A stretch of DNA of 63,286 nt from a bacterium (GTDB taxonomy: Bacteria; UBA9089; JASEGY01): the NCBI GenBank assembly GCA_040753085.1, contig JBFMHI010000001.1:1-63286 (forward strand). Direction: 5' to 3'. This document shows, in pieces, positions 7,796-16,451 of this stretch. Below the pieces are notes generated by a model. It made no database searches. It was not told where the DNA came from and saw only the letters and a program-made list of their open reading frames with translations. Made by a program: the position numbers and the translations under genes. The stretch's first letter is position 1. Each line of letters begins with the position of its first letter.

Positions 7796-8749
7796 ATGTG
7801 GATCTACATTAACGGAGAATTCTTTACCAAAGACCAGGCCAAGGTCTCCGTCCTTGATCGGGGCTATTTATACGGCGATGCTGTCTTTGAGACTATGCGG
7901 ATTTGTAGGGGGAGGGTCTTCAGGTTGAGACAGCACCTGGAAAGGCTTCAGGCCTCAACCAGGGCCATTTCTCTCGATATTCCCCCTATCAGTCGGATGG
8001 AAGAGGCGGTCTATGAAACAGTTCGAAAGAACGGCATGGATGAGGCCATCCTGAGACTTAGCCTTTCCCGGGGTGAGACAGAAAAGCCAGGACTCGATAT
8101 TTCCGAGGGGAAACCAACCCTGGTAATCGTAGTCAGACCCTTTACTCCCTATCCAGATCATCTTTTTCAGCAGGGGATTTCAGTAGTTACGGTGGCCACT
8201 CCGAGAGGCAGTGGATTTCTACCTCAAATCAAATCAGCCAATTTTTTGACTAATATCCTGGCTAAACAGGAGGCGGCTGCCAGAGGCGCCTTTGAGGGGA
8301 TAATGCTTGATGAAGACGGCTATGTGACGGAAGGGAGCATAAGTAATATCTTTATTATTGATCGGGCCGGACAGTTGGTTACCCCTCCGGCGCATAGTCT
8401 TTTGAAAGGGATAACCAGAGAGGTAGTCATAGAACTGGCTCAACAAGAGGGCCTTATCACTTACCAAAAGAGAATGACCCGTTACGATCTTTTCACTGCC
8501 TCCGAATCCTTCCTTACCTTTACCTCCGCCGGGATCATGCCGGTGGTTAAGGTGGATGAGAGAAAAATTGGCGAGGGTAAGGTCGGCCCTCTGACTGAAC
8601 ATCTCCGCCAATTATATGAAGGTCTTCTCGGCACACATGTTGACAAGTCTCGAACTTGTCATTTCTGCTCCTGTGAAAACAGGGGCGGCAATGACAAAAA
8701 GAAGCAATGTGGTAATATCAGAGGGGAAGTTCGGGGTAATGAAATTTAA
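7796..8749 (+). CDS. ilvE: class IV aminotransferase (branched-chain amino acid aminotransferase-like) with a repeat-derived C-terminal tail
   Basis: DRGYLYGDAVFETMR, KSANFL and GITR blocks. The last ~38 aa (from about 8636) read through hairpin/repeat sequence. Confidence 0.7.
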   Translation: MWIYINGEFFTKDQAKVSVLDRGYLYGDAVFETMRICRGRVFRLRQHLERLQASTRAISLDIPPISRMEEAVYETVRKNGMDEAILRLSLSRGETEKPGLDISEGKPTLVIVVRPFTPYPDHLFQQGISVVTVATPRGSGFLPQIKSANFLTNILAKQEAAARGAFEGIMLDEDGYVTEGSISNIFIIDRAGQLVTPPAHSLLKGITREVVIELAQQEGLITYQKRMTRYDLFTASESFLTFTSAGIMPVVKVDERKIGEGKVGPLTEHLRQLYEGLLGTHVDKSRTCHFCSCENRGGNDKKKQCGNIRGEVRGNEI

Positions 8750-8779
8750 TTGACATTTATACTGCTGTCGTGCTATAAT
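8750..8779 (+). promoter_or_regulatory. sigma70-type promoter candidate TTGACA-N18-TATAAT
   Basis: TTGACA at 8750-8755 and TATAAT at 8774-8779, 33 nt upstream of the mntA-like start. Confidence 0.5.
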
Positions 8780-8811
8780 TTAAGTATTGAATTTAAGTTA
8801 AGTGAAAAATT

Positions 8812-9234
8812 ATGCTTGAATTTAACAGTCTGAAACACATATTTAAAGATTATCCCTATATTGCTTCAGCCTATCTTTTTGGCTCTCAGGCTACAGGGAG
8901 GATAATGCCAATGAGTGATGTGGATATTGCTATCTTAGTGATGGATAATGCTCCAAAGGGCAGAGAACTTTTACACGAAGAGGATTATCTATCTTACAGG
9001 ATTGCAGAGGGTTTGAAGGTAAGGGAGGTTGATTTAATAGATCTCAATAGTCAGGGATTGATCTTTCAACATAATGTTCTAAGGACAGGTAAGCTTATTT
9101 ACGATGCTTATCCACTATTCAGGATACAATTTGAAATGAGGGTAATTCCCCAATTTTGTGATTTTGAGCCAACCCTTAGATTTATTGAGCGGTTTCATTT
9201 TCAGGGTCGACTGAGGAGATTAGCAAGGGTATGA
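8812..9234 (+). CDS. mntA: MntA-like nucleotidyltransferase antitoxin (type VII TA)
   Basis: LFGSQATGR...SDVDIAILV (GS..DxD NTase motif). Overlaps the DUF86 gene by 4 nt. Confidence 0.8.
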   Translation: MLEFNSLKHIFKDYPYIASAYLFGSQATGRIMPMSDVDIAILVMDNAPKGRELLHEEDYLSYRIAEGLKVREVDLIDLNSQGLIFQHNVLRTGKLIYDAYPLFRIQFEMRVIPQFCDFEPTLRFIERFHFQGRLRRLARV

Positions 9235-9671
9235 ATTCCAGAGATATTCAGATAAAGATAGATATTATCATCAATAATTTTGAAAAATTAAATATTTTAA
9301 AGTCAAAGAGATACGAAGAGTTTATATCAGATTTTAGAAATATGGATTCAACCCTTCACATTCTTCAGACCTCTATCCAGGCACTCCTTGATATTGGGAG
9401 CTATATCATTGCCTCCCTTGGTTTGAGGACACCAAATACTAATGCAGAGATTATAAAGATATTGAGTGAGGCCGGACATATTGATCGAGATAAGGCAAAG
9501 ACCTACATAAAGATAACCCAGTTCAGAAACAGGATTGTGCACCTCTACAACCACATAGATACAGAAACACTCTACGACATCCTGGTTAATGAACTGGATG
9601 ACATAAAAGAATTCTATATAAACCTGCTTCAGGTTATTGAAAAATATCAAAGATGGAAAACCCCCAGGTGA
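9231..9671 (+). CDS. hepT: HepT-like DUF86/HEPN toxin
   Basis: RNRIVHLY gives the Rx4H HEPN motif near the C-terminus. Size and pairing with the NTase fit. Confidence 0.8.
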   Translation: MNSRDIQIKIDIIINNFEKLNILKSKRYEEFISDFRNMDSTLHILQTSIQALLDIGSYIIASLGLRTPNTNAEIIKILSEAGHIDRDKAKTYIKITQFRNRIVHLYNHIDTETLYDILVNELDDIKEFYINLLQVIEKYQRWKTPR

Positions 9672-9782
9672 GGTGGATGCCCTTCTGGCCGCCACTGCAC
9701 AAGTATCCTCTATGAAAGCTTATTATTTTATTATTTCTACTCATAACCTTATGTCTGAATCACAAGAAGGGGACAATTCTGA

Positions 9783-9811
9783 TTGACAAATCAACTGAAG
9801 TTTGTTATACT
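9783..9811 (+). promoter_or_regulatory. sigma70-type promoter candidate TTGACA-N17-TATACT
   Basis: TTGACA at 9783-9788 and TATACT at 9806-9811, upstream of dxs. Confidence 0.5.
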
Positions 9812-9812
9812 C

Positions 9813-9909
9813 ATAGCGCCTCTCCCAAAACCGGCAAAAGTAGCCCAGCCCTTCCGGCGGTGAATATGCCCCCTTCCAAAAAGTAGGTTTTAGGATAGGC
9901 TCTTAGACG
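9813..9909. repeat. family B inverted-repeat element (GCCTMTCCCAAAACC ... GGTTTTRGGATAGGC)
   Basis: The termini ATAGCGCCTCTCCCAAAACC and GGTTTTAGGATAGGCTCTTAGAC match the element at 43739-43878 and the half copy at 22880-22916. Confidence 0.6.
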
Positions 9910-9954
9910 GGGTGGGAAAGGTCACCATATTAACTCCACCACGAATTGGATGGG

Positions 9955-10046
9955 AAAGAGAATGCCTGAATTTTTAGTCCTGTAGGGGCGAATAATTATT
10001 CGCCCCTACCCAAAAAAGGAGATAAAGAGAATGCCTGGATTTTTAG
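9955..10046 (+). repeat. 23-nt direct duplication of the dxs start region flanking a 46-nt hairpin insert
   Basis: AAAGAGAATGCCTGRATTTTTAG at 9955-9977 and 10024-10046, with one mismatch. The hairpin CTGTAGGGGCGAATAATTATTCGCCCCTAC lies between them. Confidence 0.85.
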
Positions 10047-11968
10047 AGCGGATTGATAAGCCGCTTGATTTGAAACATCTTACCATTACTGAGCTTCAAG
10101 CCCTGGCTTCTGAAATCAGGCAAATGATTATCCATACCGTGGCTAAAACAGGCGGGCATCTGGCCTCTAATCTGGGGGTGGTGGAACTAACTATCGCCCT
10201 TCATTATTGCCTTAATTCTCCACGCGATAAGATCATCTTTGATGTCGGCCACCAATCCTATACTCATAAGCTCCTCACCGGCAGAAAAAAAGCCTTCTCT
10301 ACTTTGCGGCAACTCGACGGACTTTCTGGATTCCCCAGGCGAGAAGAAAGTCCTTATGATCCCTTTAATACCGGTCATGCCTCCACTTCTATCTCGGCTG
10401 CTTTGGGTATGGCGGTGAGCAGAGACCTTAAGGGAGAGAATTATGTAGTAGCGGCCATAATCGGGGATGGAGCGCTCTCTGGTGGCATGGCCTTCGAGGC
10501 CTTGAATCATGCCGGACACCTGAAAAACAACCTCCTGGTTATTTTAAACTCCAATGAGATGTCTATTTCCCCCTCGGTTGGCGCCATGTCGGCTTATTTG
10601 AACCGGCTTATTACTAGGCCTATTTACAACCGGTTAAGAGAAGATGCCCAGGAACTCCTTAACAGGATTCCATATTTGGGTCACCCCATAGCCACCCTGG
10701 CTAAACGGGTAGAGGAGGGGATAAAAAACCTGGTGGTCCCTGGAGCCCTCTTCCATGAGCTTGGATTTCGGTATTTCGGCCCTATTGATGGCCATGACCT
10801 GCCTTTACTTATAGAGACCCTGGGCCGGATCAAAGAATTCAAAGGCCCGATCCTCCTCCACGTGGCCACCAAAAAGGGCAAGGGATATCTTCCGGCTGAA
10901 AAGAATCCTACTTTCTTTCACGGCAGCAGCCCTTTTGAAATTAAGACAGGCCGTCCCCTGGATAATGGCAAGAAAGTAACCTATACTAAGGTATTTGCTA
11001 AGAATCTGGTAGAATTAGCTAAGCAGGATAGACGAATCGTGGCTATCACGGCGGCCATGGCTGAAGGGACGGGTCTGGCCCTCTTTAATCAGCATCTGCC
11101 TGAGCGGTTCTTTGATGTGGGTATTGCTGAATCCCATGCCGTCACTCTGGCGGCGGGGATGGCGGCCGAAGGACTAAGACCGGTGGTGACCATTTATTCC
11201 ACCTTTCTCCAACGCGGTTATGATCAAATCCTGCATGACGTTTGTCTGCCCGATCTTCCAGTCATCTTTGCCCTTGATCGAGCCGGCCTGGTGGGTAATG
11301 ACGGACCAACCCACCAGGGGATATATGATATTGCCTATCTCAGACATTTACCTAACCTAATTCTGGCTGCTCCCAGGGATGGGTTGGAACTCAGATTAAT
11401 GTTAGAGGCAGCCCTGACCTGGAATCATCCCACAGCTATTCGATACCCCAGGGGAAAGGTTCCTTCTGAGGCACCCCCTGTCCGGCCGGCCATAGAACCA
11501 GGTCAGGCCGAAGTCCTGCGTGAGGGGGAGGACGGAGTCATCGTGGCCTTGGGAAATATGGTGGACAGAGCTATGGAAGTAAGCCGGACCCTGGCTAAGG
11601 AAGATATTTCAGTGGGGGTGATTAATGCCCGTTTTGTTAAACCCTTGGATAAAGAGCTTATCCTTAAAATGGGTAGTAGAAGAAGGCCGGTTATTACCCT
11701 GGAAGATCACACCTTGACCGGAGGCTTTGGAAGCGCTGTTCTGGAAGCCCTGGCTGAGGCAGGAATTACTGCCAGGGTTAAGTGTTTAGGCCTGCCGGAT
11801 AAATTTGTAGAACATGGAGATGTGGAATCCCTTTATAAAAGATATGGGCTTGATACCGAAGGCATACTTAGAGAAGTCAGGGAAACCCTTAGCCAAAGGA
11901 TATCCCGAAGCCCAGACTACAGAGCTGCCGAGCGCAGAACCCCACCATTCGCCATTCGCCATCCGTAA
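10031..11968 (+). CDS. dxs: 1-deoxy-D-xylulose-5-phosphate synthase
   Basis: GGHLASNLGVVELT, DVGHQSY.HK, GDGALSGGMA and the transketolase-like C-terminus. The last ~25 aa read into a CCATTCG-type repeat. Confidence 0.92.
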   Translation: MPGFLERIDKPLDLKHLTITELQALASEIRQMIIHTVAKTGGHLASNLGVVELTIALHYCLNSPRDKIIFDVGHQSYTHKLLTGRKKAFSTLRQLDGLSGFPRREESPYDPFNTGHASTSISAALGMAVSRDLKGENYVVAAIIGDGALSGGMAFEALNHAGHLKNNLLVILNSNEMSISPSVGAMSAYLNRLITRPIYNRLREDAQELLNRIPYLGHPIATLAKRVEEGIKNLVVPGALFHELGFRYFGPIDGHDLPLLIETLGRIKEFKGPILLHVATKKGKGYLPAEKNPTFFHGSSPFEIKTGRPLDNGKKVTYTKVFAKNLVELAKQDRRIVAITAAMAEGTGLALFNQHLPERFFDVGIAESHAVTLAAGMAAEGLRPVVTIYSTFLQRGYDQILHDVCLPDLPVIFALDRAGLVGNDGPTHQGIYDIAYLRHLPNLILAAPRDGLELRLMLEAALTWNHPTAIRYPRGKVPSEAPPVRPAIEPGQAEVLREGEDGVIVALGNMVDRAMEVSRTLAKEDISVGVINARFVKPLDKELILKMGSRRRPVITLEDHTLTGGFGSAVLEALAEAGITARVKCLGLPDKFVEHGDVESLYKRYGLDTEGILREVRETLSQRISRSPDYRAAERRTPPFAIRHP

Positions 11969-11987
11969 TCCGCCATCAGTAAGATGG

Positions 11988-12362
11988 TTGACTAAAGTAG
12001 ATAAGCTTCTTCTGGGCATTATTTTTCTTGTGATTGCCACCGGCTATCTGGGGGTTAAATATCTTCCAAAACAGGGCAAAATGGTCGAGATTGAAAGCCC
12101 TGGAGGGAGACAAGTAATTCCTTTAACCGGTCATCCCCAAAAGGTAACGGTAGCTGGGTGTTTGGGGTCAACTACCCTTGAGATAAAAAACGGGAAGGTG
12201 AGAGTAGTAGACAGTCCTTGTCCCCAGCATATATGTGTCAAGCAGGGTTGGAAGAGCAGGGGAGGGGAGGTCATTGTCTGTTTACCCAACCGAATTGTGG
12301 TCAAGGTGGTGGGGGGTGAATCGAAAGATGACCCTTCGACCCTGGATGGAGTCACCCAGTGA
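11988..12362 (+). CDS. NusG domain II-containing membrane-anchored protein
   Basis: TM helix LLLGIIFLVIATGYLGV followed by CPQHICVKQGW...VIVCLPNRIVV. A TTG start at 11988 is inferred. The track start at 11814 overlaps dxs and repeat sequence. Confidence 0.55.
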   Translation: MTKVDKLLLGIIFLVIATGYLGVKYLPKQGKMVEIESPGGRQVIPLTGHPQKVTVAGCLGSTTLEIKNGKVRVVDSPCPQHICVKQGWKSRGGEVIVCLPNRIVVKVVGGESKDDPSTLDGVTQ

Positions 12363-12553
12363 ATGGCAGATGGCAACATTTGCGTTATCCGCGAGAATTA
12401 GGTGTCTGGTAGTCGTTAAACTATCAGCTCACCAGACTACCAGGCGCCAGACACCAGACTGATTGATCTTACGGGTTTCTCCTTACTGATAACCGATGAC
12501 CTATCACCTGGTTGCCTCGAGTTATTGAAAAGATACGTCTGGAGGATAGGGCG

Positions 12554-12886
12554 ATGATAGATTCTCAAGACATAAAAGAGGTTATCCATAGCATTCTCCA
12601 AAAACTTATTAGTGATTATGCCCCGCAAAAGGTGATTTTATTTGGCTCTCATGTTTATGGATATGCCGGACCAGACAGTGATATTGACCTTCTTATTATC
12701 AAAGAGACGGTAGACCGCTTCATTGATCGATGGGTGACAGTTCAACATATCCTCACCGGCACTCATCGATCCATTCCGGTAGAAGCCCTGGTGTTAACTC
12801 CTGCTGAGGTTGAAAAGCGGTTGGCTATTGGCGATCAGTTTATAGCGGAGATTCTGGAGAAAGGGAAGCTTTTATATGCCGCGTAA
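12554..12886 (+). CDS. nucleotidyltransferase-domain protein (antitoxin-like partner of HEPN)
   Basis: ILFGSHVYGYAGPDSDIDLLII motif. GGAGGA lies before the ATG at 12554. The track TTG at 12512 lies in a repeat shared with 19523-19560. Confidence 0.75.
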   Translation: MIDSQDIKEVIHSILQKLISDYAPQKVILFGSHVYGYAGPDSDIDLLIIKETVDRFIDRWVTVQHILTGTHRSIPVEALVLTPAEVEKRLAIGDQFIAEILEKGKLLYAA

Positions 12887-13304
12887 GGAATCGCTTTATC
12901 CGGCCGACTGGCTGCATATTGCAGAAAAAGATTTGAGACGAGTAGATCGACTTCTTGAGGAGGATGATCCGGAGTTGGCTGGTTTCTGCCTTCAACAGGC
13001 TGTGGAGAAGTTTCTGAAGGCGTTTCTTCTTTCCCAGGGATGGCAACTCCGACGGATTCATGATTTAGATACACTCCTTGATGATACGCTCGCCTATGAT
13101 GCCTCCCTGGAAAAATTTAGGAGTGTGTGTCAAAAGATTAGCGGCTTTTACTTTGTGGAGAGGTATCCCTTTGTTGTCGAGTCTGATATCACGGAGGAAG
13201 ATGTTCGCACCTCTCTGGAACAAGCTAAGAGGCTTATTGAAGAGCTTCGAAGGAAAGTTGCTGAAAGACGGGAAGATGCCGCTCCCTCGAATAACAATGA
13301 GTAA
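12876..13304 (+). CDS. HEPN-domain protein
   Basis: AEKDLRRVDRLLEEDDPELAGFCLQQAVEKFLKAFL...RRIHDLDTLL (PF05168-type HEPN). Overlaps the NTase gene by 11 nt. Confidence 0.75.
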   Translation: MPRKESLYPADWLHIAEKDLRRVDRLLEEDDPELAGFCLQQAVEKFLKAFLLSQGWQLRRIHDLDTLLDDTLAYDASLEKFRSVCQKISGFYFVERYPFVVESDITEEDVRTSLEQAKRLIEELRRKVAERREDAAPSNNNE

Positions 13305-14208
13305 TTACTGGCTGATCTTATTTACTCTCATCTTATGGCTATTGGGGTGCTCCAGAGAGTGGAATAACCCCTATGACCCTAAGAGCGATAACTACATGAA
13401 AATCTTGTGGACCACCAAGGAATATGGTGTCTGGCTTGATTCCCCCCGGGATGTAGACTGGCTTCCTGATAGCCAGACCTTCTTAATCACTGAATATCGT
13501 CAGACAGGGGGCAGGGTAATCGAGGTGAATAGGGCAGGGGAGATAGTCTGGGACAGCCGAGATAAGGGGGGGGAGTTTTCTTTCCCTCTTGATGCGGACA
13601 GGCTGCCCCAAGGAACAATCCTGATAGCCGAGTTCGGAAGGGTCGTTGAGGTAACTGATGCTGGAGATACGGTTTGGGAGCTTACGGGTGTGCTTGAGCC
13701 CGGAGATACAGAGCCGACCAGGCTTACTACCATAACCGATGCGGATAGGCTTGACGATGGAAATACCTTGATAGCTGAATCATCGAGGAACAGGGTTATT
13801 GAAGTGGATAAAGAGGGCAGGGTAGTCTGGGAATACAGTAAAGGTTTGTATTCTCCAGAGGACGCTGATCGCTTAGAGAATGGCAACACCTTAATAGTCG
13901 ATGGTAAAAACAATCGGGTAATAGAGGTGAAGAGGGGAGGGGAGATGTGTTGGCAGCAGACGGGGTTGGGACATCCCCGGGATGCCGACCGGCTTCCCAA
14001 TGGGAATATCCTGATCACTGATACGGACAACAAAAGGATCATCGAGGTAGACTCAGCCCATAGAATTGTCTGGGAACAAACCCATTTGAATTACCCTTAT
14101 GAAGCAGATAAATTAGAATTAGAGAACGAGGAGATCATCATTTTTGCCGAGGCTAAGACCCCGGATAATTACGACCAGGTAGTGGAGATAAAGGTATCTG
14201 CTCAATAA
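13297..14208 (+). CDS. lipoprotein with beta-propeller-like repeats
   Basis: Lipobox LWLLGC. The unit DADRL.NGNTLI.....NRVIEV...G..VWE is repeated about 5 times. The start overlaps the HEPN stop. Confidence 0.65.
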   Translation: MSNYWLILFTLILWLLGCSREWNNPYDPKSDNYMKILWTTKEYGVWLDSPRDVDWLPDSQTFLITEYRQTGGRVIEVNRAGEIVWDSRDKGGEFSFPLDADRLPQGTILIAEFGRVVEVTDAGDTVWELTGVLEPGDTEPTRLTTITDADRLDDGNTLIAESSRNRVIEVDKEGRVVWEYSKGLYSPEDADRLENGNTLIVDGKNNRVIEVKRGGEMCWQQTGLGHPRDADRLPNGNILITDTDNKRIIEVDSAHRIVWEQTHLNYPYEADKLELENEEIIIFAEAKTPDNYDQVVEIKVSAQ

Positions 14209-14414
14209 ATCGGGGTGGAGCCTAATTCGTTGTCCTTCGCCCCTGCGGGGCTTAATTTCCAAATTCAATCTTCCGTAGGTTGAAACCTACGGCTAAATTC
14301 CTTGGCGCCTTCGGTGCATATAGCAATTCTTATTCAAAAGTGAACATCGAGCAAATGAATAATAAGGAAGACCAATCAGGGGGAGAGTCTTAAATACGGA
14401 GAGAGGGGATAAGT

Positions 14415-14570
14415 TTGGATTTTTTTCAGAACCTATGGCAGAAGATAAAAAAAGCCTTTAGGGGCGGGGATGTCTTTCTTTGTGATACCTGCCGTTATGA
14501 TTATCCATCTGCCTGCTATCGACCTGAAAGGCCTAATGCTACTCGCTGTCCGAATTACAAATCCAGGTAG
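14415..14570 (+). CDS. small Cys-rich protein (51 aa)
   Basis: Hand translation from TTG gives LDFFQNLWQKIKKAFRGGDVFLCDTCRYDYPSACYRPERPNATRCPNYKSR. GAGAGGGGA is upstream. Too short for the ORF track. Confidence 0.45.
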   Translation: MDFFQNLWQKIKKAFRGGDVFLCDTCRYDYPSACYRPERPNATRCPNYKSR

Positions 14571-14618
14571 AGTAGGGGGAGTAATCACCGGTGGTCAGTT
14601 TAAGGAGAGATACTTAAA

Positions 14619-14807
14619 GTGAATGATGAAGTTAAGAAGCCTAAGCTTCTAAAACAGAGAAAGCTATGGAAGATAAAGCCCTTCTCCAGGATAAAAGAAA
14701 GCGAGAAGCTCTACCAGCGGGATAAGAAGAAGGAAATAGTCGCTAAGGCGATTGAGGAAGGTTTAGCCGAAAAGGAAGGGGAGGATGAGAGGAGAGGCTT
14801 ACCTTGA
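14619..14807 (+). CDS. small basic hypothetical protein (62 aa)
   Basis: ORF track. Lys/Arg-rich, and its end overlaps the next gene. Confidence 0.35.
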   Translation: MNDEVKKPKLLKQRKLWKIKPFSRIKESEKLYQRDKKKEIVAKAIEEGLAEKEGEDERRGLP

Positions 14808-15333
14808 TATTGAGACCTCTTATAATGGCCGCCTTACCGTTGTAGGTGTATACCGGGAAGATAACTCAGAAACAATAGGGGAGTTTCAAAACAAGGCGGT
14901 TGTTTCCAAAGGGACCAAAGGAAGCTCTATTCAGTTAATTGGGCAGATGATTACCCCAGCCGCCCTTCTTGAGATCCTTAAGGGGGTCAAAACTATCTTT
15001 ACTTATAATGGCAGTCGATTCGATCTGCCTGTTATTAAAAGGGTTGCTGGCCTTGATTTAAGAGGATACTTTAAGTCTCACGATCTAATGTATGACTGTT
15101 GGCGTCAAAACTTATATGGGGGATTGAAGGCGGTTGAAAGAAAATTAGGGATTAAAAGAAAACTTCCTGACGTAGACGGCTGGGAGGCAATGGCCCTCTG
15201 GGCCAGGTATGAACGATTTAATGACAAAGCTGCCCTGCACCAGTTGTTGATCTATAACCGGGAGGATATAGAAAACCTGCCCCTTTTGAGGGAGAAGCTA
15301 AGTGGTAACTGGTCAGCCGTAATCGGTAATTAG
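14785..15333 (+). CDS. RNase H-fold predicted 3'-5' exonuclease (YprB/COG3359-like)
   Basis: YLDIETS near the N-terminus, FTYNGSRFDLPVIKR and YNREDIENL blocks (DEDD-like arrangement). Confidence 0.6.
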   Translation: MRGEAYLDIETSYNGRLTVVGVYREDNSETIGEFQNKAVVSKGTKGSSIQLIGQMITPAALLEILKGVKTIFTYNGSRFDLPVIKRVAGLDLRGYFKSHDLMYDCWRQNLYGGLKAVERKLGIKRKLPDVDGWEAMALWARYERFNDKAALHQLLIYNREDIENLPLLREKLSGNWSAVIGN

Positions 15334-15390
15334 TGATAACCGATTACGGCTTTCTTCTCACCGAGAACCGATTACCGGATGCCTGAGTAA

Positions 15391-16278
15391 TTACTTTTTC
15401 ATCCGGGTGGCCCACCGGTTATGGAGCCAAAACCATTGGTCAGGATAGCGTCTGATATATTCCTCAAGCTTCTTGGACAGAGAGGCCACGTTGGCCAGAA
15501 TATCCTGCTTTCTATCGCCGGCTTGAATAAGAGGGTATGGTTTTTCAATAATGATTCGATGTCGGTTATCGGGCAGCCTGATGACAAAGAGGGGAAGAAT
15601 ATCGGCGCCTGTTCTCATAGCGAAGATAACCGGACCGGGCGGCGTGGAAGCCGGTTTATCAAAAAAACTGACAAATACCCCGCCTTTGCCTCCATCCTGA
15701 TCGGCTAACATCGCCACTGTCTCACCTCTTTTTAAGCGCCGCAAGACTTCCCCGGAGGCCCTTTTCATAGAGATAGTGGTAAGCCCTATCTTTTTTCGCT
15801 GAGCCTCGATTAAATCCTCGGTTAATTTATTCTTCTGCCTGCGAACAACCGTGGATAGAGGACATCCTTTTAGGGGAAGAGCAGACCCAATAAGTTCCCA
15901 GTTTCCAAAATGAGCCATCAAGATAATGATCCCACGTCCCCTGGCACGGGCCGCTTCTAAATGAGACCAGCCTTCGATTATAATCCGGCTGCCAAGCCCT
16001 TCCTCTACAAACTGAGGCAGGTGAATGAATTCTATTAAATTCTTTCCCAGATTCCGGTAGGTCTGTCTGGCTATCTCCTCTATCCCTTGAGAAGGTAATT
16101 GAGTCTGAAAAGCGGTCTTAAGATTATCCAGGGTTCGCTTTCTGTAATGCGGCAGCAGGAAGTAGGTTAGATCTCCTAATCTCTCACCTAACCAATATCC
16201 TGCCTTAAGTGGGAGTATTCGGATAAAGGAGGCAATAATCTGAACCAAAAGGTATTCCAGGTAGTGCTTGATATTCAT
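15391..16278 (-). CDS. LpxL/HtrB-family lipid A (Kdo) late acyltransferase
   Basis: MAHFGNWELIG (HX4E-type motif) and the length and layout of lysophospholipid acyltransferase family proteins. Confidence 0.75.
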   Translation of the reverse strand: MNIKHYLEYLLVQIIASFIRILPLKAGYWLGERLGDLTYFLLPHYRKRTLDNLKTAFQTQLPSQGIEEIARQTYRNLGKNLIEFIHLPQFVEEGLGSRIIIEGWSHLEAARARGRGIIILMAHFGNWELIGSALPLKGCPLSTVVRRQKNKLTEDLIEAQRKKIGLTTISMKRASGEVLRRLKRGETVAMLADQDGGKGGVFVSFFDKPASTPPGPVIFAMRTGADILPLFVIRLPDNRHRIIIEKPYPLIQAGDRKQDILANVASLSKKLEEYIRRYPDQWFWLHNRWATRMKK

Positions 16279-16451
16279 AGATGCTCGATGCTCGATGCTC
16301 GATGCTGGATGCTCGATCCTCGATCCTCGTTGCTCGATCCTCGATGCTCGATCCTCGATGTTCGATGCTCGATGCTCGATCCTCGTTGCTCGATCCTCGA
16401 TGCTCGATGCTGGATGCTTCGATGCTCGAGGCTCGAGGATCGAGCATCGAG
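16279..16451. repeat. CTCGATG-type degenerate tandem array filling an entire intergenic gap
   Basis: GCTCGATGCTCGATGCTGGATGCTCGATCCTCGAT... All three plus frames are open across it (track ORFs 16264, 16268, 16281). Confidence 0.9.

Noticed and set aside
9962-9985. An ATG with the dxs N-terminal codons (MPEFLVL*).
   Set aside because: It is the upstream copy of the duplicated start region and terminates after 7 codons. It is not a gene.
11814-11987. The long N-terminal extension of the NusG-domain-II ORF, which overlaps dxs by about 150 nt.
   Set aside because: The extension overlaps the conserved dxs C-terminus and a CCATTCG repeat. A TTG at 11988, just before the TM helix, gives a protein of normal size.
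13500-14042. A 180-aa minus-strand ORF antisense to the beta-propeller lipoprotein. Similar antisense ORFs include 2285..2506, 10187..10519, 30769..31290, 36310..36768 and 53789..54364.
   Set aside because: They are shadow ORFs opposite well-supported genes. They have low-complexity Ser/Pro/Arg-rich translations and no RBS.
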